Below are positions 1-9,048 of a DNA stretch of 64,000 bases, in pieces. Positions within the stretch are counted from its first letter, which is position 1, and each line of letters opens with the position of its first letter. Position numbers and translations under genes: made by a program. Below the pieces are notes generated by a model. It searched no databases and was not told where the DNA came from. It was given only the letters and a program-made list of their open reading frames with translations. The stretch lies in the NCBI GenBank assembly GCA_026770705.1, contig JANJGN010000016.1:86614001-86678000 (forward strand). The letters are read 5' to 3'. Source of the DNA: Isurus oxyrinchus (lineage: Eukaryota).

Positions 1-173
1 TCACTGTACACTGCACCAATAACGTGCCTTAACCCCTGACCCTCAGAAGTGTGTCAGAGCCGGTCCTGAGAAGGAAGAGAGTTGTAATTTGGTGCTGACA
101 ATGACCTTTGCCCTCCCAGCTCACCCCTGTTCTATTTAAAGTTGTATCTCCTCTGTGGACTGTCTCTAACACT

Positions 174-502
174 CTACGCACATTCTGATCTCCTGATGCT
201 CTTGCTGAGGGGAGAGGAAAGACTCTCGTGGGTGACGACACAGGAGAAGCTGGCGTTGGACTCCCAGCCGGAGCCAGAGAGGGTCAGCAGGCTGCTGACG
301 CTGTAGGTGCTGTCTGAAGCTCGCAGGTAGTTGCTGGTCTGAACCCCGTCCGAAATGGCTGCACCGTCCTTCTTCCACTCCACCTTCACCTCATCGGGAT
401 AGAAGTGATTGGCAAGGCACACCAGGGTGGCAGTGCCCTTGGTCTTGACCTCCTCTGGGGAGGGGGGCAGCAGGGTCACTGTGGGTGGTGACTTCTCTCT
501 GC
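174..502 (-). CDS. IGKC: Immunoglobulin light chain kappa (NS4/type III-like) constant exon
   Basis: Splice acceptor ttccatttcAG ends at 503. Phase-1 exon reads (S)REKSPPTVTLLPPSPEEVKTKGTATLVCLANHFYPDEVKVEWKKDG...FSCVVTHESLSSPLSKSIRRSECA*. C1-set Ig domain with both Cys, the Trp and a penultimate interchain Cys; TAG at 174-176. Closely resembles shark NS4 kappa C as I recall it. Confidence 0.95.
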
Positions 503-529
503 CTGAAATGGAAGAGAAGGAAGTTTAAT

Positions 530-1005
530 CAGTGTCATTATAATGAATTTCAACTTCCCGAATATTAACTGGGATCAAATCTGTGTAAATGTATAGATGA
601 TGCAAAATTCTTATAATCCATCCAGGTGATTTTTTTTCGGCAGAACATAACAAACTCAGCAAGAGAAGGGACAGTTTTGGACAATTTCAGGGAATGAATC
701 TGTGCAAGTGGAATGTGTTTCAGTGGGAGAGTATTTGGGTAATAGTGATCATAATTCAGTTAGATTTAGAGCAGTTATGGAAAAGGATAAAGATAGACCA
801 AGTGTAAAATTTGTACATTAGGGAAAGGCCAATTTGCCAAAATGGACAGGAAACAGAAACCTGAAGATAAATCAGTGTCAGAGCAATGGGAAACATTCAG
901 GAAAGATATAAAATGGGCTCAGAACAAATATCTTCACACAAAGAAATAGCGTGGGACATTGCAAGAGGATAACTAAAGATTGAGTAAGGCCAATTGGAGA
1001 CCAAA
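530..1005 (+). mobile_element. Decayed CR1 LINE ORF2 fragment (endonuclease C-terminal region)
   Basis: Degenerate DFNFPNINW and HLGNSDHNSVRF-like segments with many stops. Confidence 0.7.
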
Positions 1006-1011
1006 AAATAG

Positions 1012-1362
1012 ATCTCTGTCACTCACTCTCTGTGACTCTTCCTGACTCCCCCTGTATCTCTTTCTCACCCACTCTCTCTCTCTGTATCTCTGTCACACTC
1101 TCCCTCTCTCTCCCTCCCTCTCCCCCTCTTTCCCTCCTTCTCTCTCCTCCTTACTCTCTGACTCTCTCTCTCTTTCCTTTTCTCTCTCTCCCTCTCTCTC
1201 TCCCTCTCACTCTCCCTCTCTCTCTCCCTCTCCCTCTCCCTCTCTCACTCTCTCTCTCTATCTCCCTCTTACTCTCCCTCTCTCTCTCCCTCTCTCTCTC
1301 CCTCTCTCTCTCCCTCTCACTCTCCCTCTCTCTCTCCCTCCCTCCGTCTCACTCACTCTCTG
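1012..1362. repeat. CT-rich low-complexity microsatellite
   Basis: (CT)n and (CCCTCT)n runs. Confidence 0.9.
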
Positions 1363-1935
1363 TATTGGGGGGAGGGGTGGGGTTGGAAGCACATAGATGG
1401 TTCTGAATGAATAATTTACATCTGTTTTCACACAAGAGAGGGACAACGCGGACATTCTAGTTGAGGAGGAGCAGAATTGTGAAATATTGGATGGGATAAA
1501 CATCGTGAGAGAGGAGATATTAATGTGTTCAGCATCTTGGAGAGTGGATAAATCCCCAGACCCGTATGAATTGTATCCCAGGCAAGAAGGGAAACAAGGG
1601 AAGAAATAGCAGAGGCTCTGACCATTATTTCCCAATCCTCTCTGGATAGGGGTGTGGTGTCAGAGGGCTGGAGGACTGATAATGTTGTTTAAAAAGGGAG
1701 GAAGGGATAGACTGAGAAATTACAGACCAGTCACTCTAACCTCAGTGGTGGGCAAATGTCAGAAATCTTTCTAAGAGAAATTCTCATCATCATGAGGAGG
1801 TAACAAGAAGGGTTGACAACGATAGCGAGTTTGATGTAATCTATGTGGATTTTAGCAAGACTTCTGACATGGACAGACTGGTCAGAAAGTTAAAACTCAT
1901 TAGATCCCAGGGAAAGGAGCAAGTTGTGTTTCAAA

Positions 1936-2144
1936 ACAAAGAAAACTGCGGATGCTGGAAATCTAAAACAAAAACAGAATTACCTGGAAAAACTCAGTAG
2001 GTCTGGCAGCATCGGCGGAGAAGAAAAGAGTTGACGTTTCGAGTCCTCATGACCCTTCGACAGTTCTGTCGAAGGGTCATGAGGACTCGAAACGTCAACT
2101 CTTTTCTTCTCCGCCGATGCTGCCAGACCTACTGAGTTTTTCCA
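1936..2144. mobile_element. Penelope-like terminal fragment forming a perfect foldback palindrome
   Basis: 79-bp arms at 1985-2063 and 2066-2144 with a TT spacer; target duplication AAGTTGTGTTTCAAA at 1921-1935 and 2144-2158; same terminus as the RT/GIY-YIG element at 16560-18439. Confidence 0.85.
2062..2100 (+). ncRNA. Minimal type I hammerhead ribozyme-like motif (Penelope-associated, core variant CUGUCGA)
   Basis: AGTT-CTGTCGA-A-GGGTC-ATGAG-GACTC-GAAA-C-GTC-AACT: stem I AGTT/AACT, stem II GGGUC/GACUC, GAAA, GUC cleavage triplet. Confidence 0.6.
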
Positions 2145-2649
2145 AGTTGTGTTTCAAATTGGTTGAGTGGCAGGAGGTAAAGGTTTGATGTTAAGCTGGT
2201 TAAATCATATTGGGCTGTTACTTAGACATTTGTAAAGAGGGTTACCACAAATTCAGCACTGAAATGGTTAATAGTAAGAGTGTTTAAAGACTCAGTGTCC
2301 CTCTAAGACACTGTTAAGCTGTCAGGAAGCTCTGACTATTGATCAGCCTGTCCGGGGGAAACAGGTTCACATTAACAATCCTCAGATCACACACACATCG
2401 AGAGAACTTTATCCCAGAATGTTGGAGCACACTTGGATCAACCCACTTCAGAAAGGATTCAGATTGGGTCTCAGTATAGAAGATTCTAGATTTCATTTCA
2501 AACCTTGCCGCCCAGCACTGGAGAGAGGTTAAGGGCGAGGCTACAATTAGTCTCAGAGTCTGGGGGTCAGACAAGGTCACGACTCCGAAGGACCCCATGA
2601 ACCATGGAAAGTGAGACTGTGAGGGTCAGGATTAGGAACCTTCAGTCTC

Positions 2650-3030
2650 AATACTTGCATTTCTATAGCACCAGTCATCATCTCAGGATTTTTACAGCTA
2701 ACTGTACACAGTAAGATCCCAGTCAGTAGAGTGATGATGGCCAGAAAGTCAGGTTTTTTTGTGATGTTCTTTGCGTGATAATTACTAACCAGAAAACGCG
2801 TAAGAACTCCCCTGCTCTTCTTCTCACAGCGCCGTGGGAACTTTTACATCCCACTGAGAGGGCAGACCTCAGTTTGTCTCAGCTGAAAGACGGCTCCTCT
2901 GACAGTGCTGCCCTCCCTCAATACCGCACTGGACTCTCAGCCTGGATTATGTGCTCAAGTCTCTGGAGTGGGATTTGAACCCACAACATTGTGACTCTGA
3001 GGGGAGAGTGCTACCCATTGAGGCACGGCC
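2650..3030 (-). mobile_element. tRNA-derived SINE
   Basis: Pol III A box-like TGCCTCAATGGGTAG (~3011-3025) and B box GGTTCAAATCCC (~2970-2981) on the minus strand, followed by a typical shark SINE body. Confidence 0.75.
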
Positions 3031-3289
3031 CATACCTCACGGTCCAATAGCCTGTCATGTTCACCCTCCCGCCTCACACTTGGAGGAATGAGCCCACTTG
3101 GGGAGCGTGGAGCTGCTCCCCAGTCAGAGACAGTGTCTTCAGGAGAGAGATGGAGAGCAGATTCCGGGAGGCCTGGAGTCTAGAGGGTGACATTTAAACA
3201 TTCGGGGGAAACGGAGAGTCTCCCCGAAACAAAAACAGAATTACCTGGAAAAGCTCAGCAGGTCTGGCAGCATCGGCGGAGAAGAAAAG

Positions 3290-3328
3290 AGTTGACGTTT
3301 CGAGTCCTCATGACCCTTCGACAGAACT
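3290..3328 (-). ncRNA. Minimal hammerhead-like motif, in sense orientation within the Ig kappa J-C intron
   Basis: Exact reverse complement of AGTTCTGTCGAAGGGTCATGAGGACTCGAAACGTCAACT. Confidence 0.6.
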
Positions 3329-3978
3329 TGATTTCGAGTCCAGGAAAGAGTTGAAATATAAGCTGGTTTAAGGTGTATGTGTGGGGGGGGGGGGGAGGAG
3401 AGAGAGAGAGAGACAGAGGTGCTTGTGTAGACAAACAAGCAGTGACATGTCTGTCCTTGGCTTACTGCATTGTTCCAGTGAAGCCCAACGCAAACTGGAG
3501 GAACAACACCTCATCTTCCGACTAGGCACCTTACAGCCTTCCGGTCTGAATATTGAATTCAATAACTTTAGGTCGTGAGCTCCCTCCCCCATCCCCACCC
3601 CCTTTCTGTTTCCCCCCCTTTTTCCTTTTTTTTCCCTATAAATTTTATAGATTTTTCTTTTCCCACCTATTTCCATTATTTTTAAATATTTTAAAATCTT
3701 TTATGCTCCCCCCACCCCCACTAGAGCTGTACCTTGAGTGCCCTACCATCCATTCTTAATTAGCACATTCGTTTAGATAATATCACCAACTTTAACTTTA
3801 ACACCTATGTGTTCTTTTGTACCATTGTTACTGACATCTTTTGATGATCTGCTTCTATCACTGCTTGTTTGTCTACACAAGCACCTCTGTCTCTCTCTCT
3901 CTCTCCGCGCCCCCCCCCCCCCCCCCCCACACACCTTAAACCAGCTTATATTTCAACTCTTTCCTGGACTCGAAATCA

Positions 3979-4017
3979 AGTTCTGTCGAAGGGTCATGAG
4001 GACTCGAAACGTCAACT
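3979..4017 (+). ncRNA. Minimal hammerhead-like motif
   Basis: AGTTCTGTCGAAGGGTCATGAGGACTCGAAACGTCAACT in the Penelope 3' terminal repeat. Confidence 0.6.
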
Positions 4018-4641
4018 CTTTTCTTCTCCGCCGATGCTGCCAGACCTGCTGAGCTTTTCCAGGTAATTCTGTTTTTGTTTTGGATTTCCAGCATCCGCAG
4101 TTTTCTTTGTTTTCAAGTCTCCCCGAAATCCTGGAACACTGAAGCCACTGGATTGTGGGCCCTGCTCTACCTGTTTGTCATCAGAAATTTGCCAAGAGAT
4201 AACCAGGGAGTGGAGAGAGCAGAGTTCAAGCTGGGGGAGGTGGGACCTCGGTGTCTCACTGTGCTGGTGCTGTGATCAGTTATATCAGAGACTGCGAGAG
4301 GGAGCCGGAGCTCATATCAAACTCTGCCCGTGTCTGTCACACTGAGACTGACAGGAATCTAGTGACTGATTTCAGTCCATGGTGCAGCAATGTCAGCACA
4401 GTCTGCAAACGTCCAGATCTCCTCTAGATGGTGGGTAAAAGTTGGTTATTTCTATCTTGCTGCTTAAAGGGGGGAATGTAATGAAAGAAATACAGCTGGG
4501 CACCCTGTTATACACAGTGTTGTTCACTGAACCATGTCTTTCACTGCAGCTCCTCACTAACACCTTCAACTATTCAGCATTAGTGTTTGAGAAAGTTTCA
4601 GTATTGAAAGGGTTAATAAGAGAGGATTGGGGTTTACTTAC

Positions 4642-4676
4642 TCAGTCTGAGTTTGGTTCCTTTACCAAACGTAACC
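4642..4676 (-). CDS. IGKJ: Ig kappa J segment
   Basis: G GTT ACG TTT GGT AAA GGA ACC AAA CTC AGA CTG A = VTFGKGTKLRL (FGXG motif), followed by donor GTAAGT at 4636-4641; phase matches the C exon. Confidence 0.96.
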
Positions 4677-4715
4677 CACACTGAGAGCTTCCAGTGCAGG
4701 GGCTGTACAAAAACC
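4677..4715 (+). promoter_or_regulatory. J recombination signal sequence, 23-bp spacer
   Basis: CACACTG (4677-4683) + 23 nt + ACAAAAACC (4707-4715). Confidence 0.95.
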
Positions 4716-4736
4716 TCAGCTCTCTGCTTCACTCAG

Positions 4737-4890
4737 TCACTCTCACCCTCTCTCTGTCTCTCACTCACACTCACCTTTAACTCACTCTCACCCTCTCTCT
4801 GTCTATCACTCACACTCACCTTTAACTCACTCTCACCCTCTCTCTGTCTCTCACTCACACTCACCTTTAACTCACTCTCACCCTCTCTCT
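4737..4890. repeat. 45-bp CT-rich tandem repeat, about 3.5 copies
   Basis: Unit ctcactctcaccctctctctgtctctcactcacactcacctttaa. Confidence 0.85.
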
Positions 4891-4998
4891 TCCTCTCAAT
4901 GTCTTTTTTTTGTTGGGAGAATTGAGAATCCTAATTTTATATGATAAATCTTTCAGCTGCTCTTCATATGTGGACATGTAGGGTAAGAGGTAAAGTGA

Positions 4999-6260
4999 CC
5001 ATTATTATATATTCTATATAACTGTGGAATGTGTCTGTACAGGAGGTGAGACTGTGTGTCCATTATTATATACGATATATAACTGGGGGATGTGTCAGTA
5101 CAGGAGGTGGGACTGTGTGTCCATTATTATATATTCTATATAACTGTGGGATGTGTCAGTACATGAGGTGGGACTGTGTGTCCATTATTATATATTCTAT
5201 ATAACTGTGGGATTTGTCAGTACAGGAGGTGGGACTGTGTGTCCATTATTATATATTCTATATAACTGTGGGATGTGTCAGTACATGAGGTGGGACTGTG
5301 TGTCCATTATTATATATTCTATATAACTGTGGGATGTGTCAGTACAGGAGGTGGGACTGTGTGTCCATTATTATATATTCTATATAACTGTGGGATGTGT
5401 CAGTACATGAGGTGGGACTGTGTGTCCATTATTATATATTCTATATAACTGTGGGATGTGTCAGTACAGGAGGTGGGACTGTGTGACCATTATTATATAT
5501 TCTATATAACTGTGGGATGTGTCAGTACAGGAGGTGGGACTGTGTGTCCATTATTATATATTATATATAACTGTGGGATGTGTCAGTACAGGAGGTGGGA
5601 CTGTGTGTCCATTATTATATATTCTATATAACTGTGGGATGTGTCAGTACAGGAGGTGGGACTGTGTGTCCATTATTATATATTCTATATAACTGTGGGA
5701 TGTGTCAGTACAGGAGGTGGGACTGTGTGTCCATTATTATATATTCTATATAACTGTGGGATGTGTCAGTACAGGAGGTGGGACTGTGTGTCCATTATTA
5801 TATATTCTATATAACTGTGGGATGTGTCAGTACAGGAGGTGGGAGTGTGTGTCCATTATTATATATTCTATATAACTGTGGGAATTGTCAGTACAGGAGG
5901 TGGGACTGTGTGTCCATTATTATATATTCTATATAACTGTGGGATGTTTCAGTACAGGAGGTGGGACTGTATGTCCATTATTATATATTCTATATAACTG
6001 TGGGATGTGTCAGTACAGGAGGTGGGACTGTGTGTCCATTATTATATATTCTATATAACTGTGGGATGTGTCAGTACAGGAGGTGGGACTGTGTGTCCAT
6101 TATTATATATTCTATATAACTGTGGGATGTGTCAGTACAGGAGGTGGGACTGTGTGTCCATTATTATATATTCTATATAACTGTGGGATGTGTCAGTACA
6201 GGAGGTGGGACTGTGTGTCCATTATTATATATTCTATATAACTGTGGGATGTGTCAGTAT
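4999..6260. repeat. 61-bp minisatellite, about 21 copies, in the V-J intervening DNA
   Basis: Unit ccattattatatattctatataactgtgggatgtgtcagtacaggaggtgggactgtgtgt; copies near-identical. Confidence 0.97.
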
Positions 6261-6284
6261 AGGAAGTGATGCTGTGTGTATTGA

Positions 6285-6312
6285 GGTTTTTGTCAGGCTC
6301 TGTATCACTGTG
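6285..6312 (-). promoter_or_regulatory. V recombination signal sequence, 12-bp spacer
   Basis: CACAGTG-ATACAGAGCCTG-ACAAAAACC, with consensus heptamer and nonamer. Confidence 0.97.
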
Positions 6313-6610
6313 TAGGTGTAGCTGCTATACTGCTGACAGTAATATTCAGCGACATCCTCATTCTGTACATTGCTGATTGTCAGGGTGTATTGAGTGCCAG
6401 ATCCACTGCCGGTGAATCGCTCGGATGTTCCTGTGAATCGAGTTGTTGCCCCATAGATCAGGAGAGTCGGTTTCTGTCCTTCTCGCTGCTGGTACCAACT
6501 CACATAGCCGCTGCTAACAGACTGACTGGCCGTACAGGTGATGGTGGCGGTCTGGCCCAGGCTCACTGACACCAGGGGAGGCTGTTTCATGGTGATGTCC
6601 CCACTGATAC
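6313..6610 (-). CDS. IGKV: Ig kappa V exon (leader part 2 plus V domain)
   Basis: Acceptor ccctcAG ends at 6611. (G)[98 protein letters not shown]; Cys, WYQQ and YYC intact with no stops; abuts the 12-RSS. Confidence 0.96.
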
Positions 6611-6796
6611 CTGAGGGGTAATAAAGAAACAGAGTGAAGTAAGAACTGTCACACAAAGAGCCTGTAAAATGAGATATTGTTAGAGACAGTGACCGTTCCT
6701 CTGCTTTCAGCATTTTCCCTTCAATCACAAGTCAGTCGAATTGGATGGAAATGGAGAGCAGGAAAATATTCACGGTGGAAGGAGAGAGATTTGTAC

Positions 6797-6845
6797 CTGC
6801 GATGCAGAATGCCAGAGGCCAGATCAGCTGGATGGCTGAAATCAT
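6797..6845 (-). CDS. IGKV: Ig kappa leader exon
   Basis: ACC-ATG at 6845; MISAIQLIWPLAFCIA+G, a 49-nt phase-1 exon, followed by GTACAA donor; hydrophobic signal peptide. Confidence 0.92.
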
Positions 6846-6905
6846 GGTGTCTGCTCCTGTCCCTGTGCCTGGTCACTGATAAACTCTCCCTTCACTGGGC
6901 TCAGC

Positions 6906-6959
6906 TTTATAATGCTGCAGCCTGTCAGAGTCTCACTGGCTGTTCCTCAGTATGTAAAT
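6906..6959 (-). promoter_or_regulatory. V promoter: TATA box and octamer-like motif
   Basis: TTATAAA at 6906-6912 and ATTTACAT at 6952-6959 (one mismatch to ATTTGCAT), in the usual light-chain order upstream of the ATG. Confidence 0.7.
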
Positions 6960-7004
6960 GGTATCACCCAGAGAGAACCACGTCAGCACCTCTCACTTCC
7001 TCTT

Positions 7005-7285
7005 CAACTCTCTCCCTCCCTCTCTCAGTATCTGTCCGTCACTCTCTGTCTCTCCCTCCCTCTCTCAGTATCTGTCCATCACACTCTGTCTCTCTCTCCC
7101 TCTCCCAGTGTCTGTCCATCACTCTCTGTCTCTCTCTCTCTCAGGATCTGCCATCACTCTCTGTCACTCTCTCCCTCTCTCAGTACCAGTCTGTCAGTCA
7201 CTGTCTCTCTCAATGTCTGTCCGTCACTCTGTCTTTATCTCCCTCCCTCTGCCAATCGCTCTCTATCTTTCTGTCCCTCTCTCTG
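7005..7285. repeat. CT-rich low-complexity repeat
   Basis: Degenerate ctctctcagtatctgtccatcact-like units. Confidence 0.8.
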
Positions 7286-7485
7286 CCTCCTTCCCACTGG
7301 AACCTCCAATCGGGACCAGTAAACATGGGCCTCCTTCCCACTGGAGCCTCCAACAGAGACCAGTAAACATGGGCCTCCTTCCCACTGGAACCTCCAATAG
7401 AGACCAGTAAACATGGGCCTCCTTCCCACTGGAGCCTCCAATAGGGACCAGTAAACATGGGCCTCCTTCCCATTGGACCTCCAGT
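7286..7485. repeat. 44-bp minisatellite, about 4.5 copies
   Basis: ttcccactgg recurs at 7291, 7335, 7379 and 7423, with a variant at 7467. Confidence 0.9.
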
Positions 7486-7849
7486 ATCTGAGCTTCAAAC
7501 TCCACATCTCTCCAACCCGTAAGCCTCTCATTTCCATCTCCACAACATTGTCCGTCTCTACACTACATCACCCCCTTGACCACAGAAACCCTTATCCCTG
7601 TTTGTCTCGCCTCCGGACTCCATTATTCCGATGTCCTCTCCCGCCTTCCTTCATCCACGCTCCATAAAACCTAACTGTCCGAAATGCAGCATTCCATACC
7701 CTGTGCCACATGAAGTGTTGTTCCCAGATTATCCCTGACCTCACTGACCTGTAACCCCTGACCTCACTGCCCTCCAATTCCCTCCATGGCCTTGCTCCTC
7801 CCTACCTCTGTGTTCTGCTGCAGACGGAGACTAACTTTTAATTCTGGAT

Positions 7850-7962
7850 TTATTAATTCAATTTAAATTCCAACAGCTGCCGGGGTGGGATTTGAAGGTG
7901 TTACCCCAGAGCATTACCCTGGGCCTCTGGATTACTGGTCCAGTAACATTGCCGTTACCCCA
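7850..7962 (-). mobile_element. SINE 5' (tRNA-like head) fragment
   Basis: B-box-like TTCAAATCCCACC on the minus strand in shark SINE head context. Confidence 0.55.
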
Positions 7963-8339
7963 CAGCCTCCCCCGTGTTGTGCTCCCGGGTTCCATCGAAA
8001 TGTATCCCAGCATGAAGTGTCCCTCAGGAGGGGAGAGGGAATGTTTGGAGATCTGAGCTCCATTTCCCACCCCGGGCATTTTGTCTTCCAATGAATGAAT
8101 GAGATGCCAATTTCGAGCCCAGGTTAGGGACAGTCTCAAGCTCTGGACCCAGGTCTACAAGAGGGAATTGGAGATCTCCCTGAAAAGGAAAGATTTGCTG
8201 GGTTATGGGGACAGAGAGGGGGAGTGGGACTCACTGGGTTTCTGCTGTGGTCTGAATCTGTAATAATAACTGTCCGATCAGTGAAAAGAACAGCAGCTAA
8301 GAGCAGTCAGGACTGAGGAGGCAGGCTCACTGGGAAACA

Positions 8340-9048
8340 CATTGGGAAGATCAAAGCCATCATCTTCAGCTCCCGATACAAACTCCATCCCTCTCCCTGA
8401 GCACTGTCTGCTGCTGAACCAGACTCTTCACAACCTTGGCCTCATCTTTCTGCTCCTCCACAGCTGCCAGCATCTCACCATTTACAAATTACTCTGAACC
8501 ATCTTTCTTCGGTCCAAAGTGGATGATTTCACACTCCCCACGTTGAGCTCCATCTGCCATTGTCTTCAGTCCCCATCACAAACTCTGTTCCCTCATCACC
8601 GATTCCATCCCTCTCCCTGGGTCTGTCTGACACTGAACCACACAGTTCACAGCCATGGTGTCCAGTTTGACCCTGAGATGAGCTTCTGACCACATCATCC
8701 GCTCCATCACTAAGAAAGCCTATTTCCACCTCGGTAACATCGCCCGAGTCCAGCCTGCCTCAGACCATCTGCTGCTGAGAATCTCCTCCATGTCTTTGTT
8801 CCCTGAAACGTGACGATTCCAGTGCTGCCCTGGCCGGAGTCACACCTTCCACACTCCGTAAACATGAGCTCATCCCAAACTCTGCTGCCCGGATCTGAAC
8901 TCACACCAAGTCCCGTTCACCCATCACCCCCTGTGCTCACTGACCTCCCAGCCCAGCAATGTCTCGATTTTAAAATTCTCATCCTTGTTCTGAAATCCCT
9001 CTCAGTCCTCGACACTCCCCATCTCTGTAACCTCCTCCAAGCCGCCTA
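8340..9048 (+). mobile_element. Decayed L2-type LINE 3' fragments
   Basis: YFHLGNIAR- and PITPVLTDL...DFKILILV-like L2 ORF2 C-terminal motifs; partially duplicated. Confidence 0.65.

Larger units (their letters stand above)
1404..2185 (+). mobile_element. Decayed CR1 LINE RT fragment, interrupted by a Penelope insertion
   Basis: KSPDP-, NYRPVTLTSVVGK- and DVIYVDFSKT-like motifs; the sequence resumes after the duplicated target at 2144-2158. Confidence 0.75.
3230..4115 (+). mobile_element. 5'-truncated Penelope-like element with an inverted terminal segment
   Basis: GIY-YIG C-terminus (RKLEEQHLIFRLGTLQPSGLNIEF) at 3446-3578; inverted arms ~3230-3445 and ~3857-4078; 13-bp target duplication AGTCTCCCCGAAA at 3217-3229 and 4116-4128. 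Confidence 0.9.

Noticed and set aside
1-173. Polyadenylation signal of the kappa transcript
   Set aside because: No AATAAA on the minus strand here; it probably lies outside the window.
2314-2598. Possible second J segment (SFGVVTL...LRL)
   Set aside because: No FGXG motif, no adjacent RSS and no splice donor.
1968-3237. Nonamer-like ACAAAAACA in Penelope termini
   Set aside because: No CAC heptamer 12 or 23 bp upstream.
4257-4519. Lone perfect heptamers (CACTGTG 4257-4263, CACAGTG 4513-4519)
   Set aside because: No nonamer at 12 or 23 bp and no J-like coding flank.
503-4635. Kappa intronic enhancer (NF-kB site plus E-box cluster)
   Set aside because: I found no convincing GGGRNWYYCC site or motif cluster by eye; a divergent enhancer cannot be excluded.
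6234-6728. 164-aa ORF as a single-exon or germline-joined VJ gene
   Set aside because: It reads through the leader intron and the RSS. The V is unjoined and the J lies 1.6 kb away.
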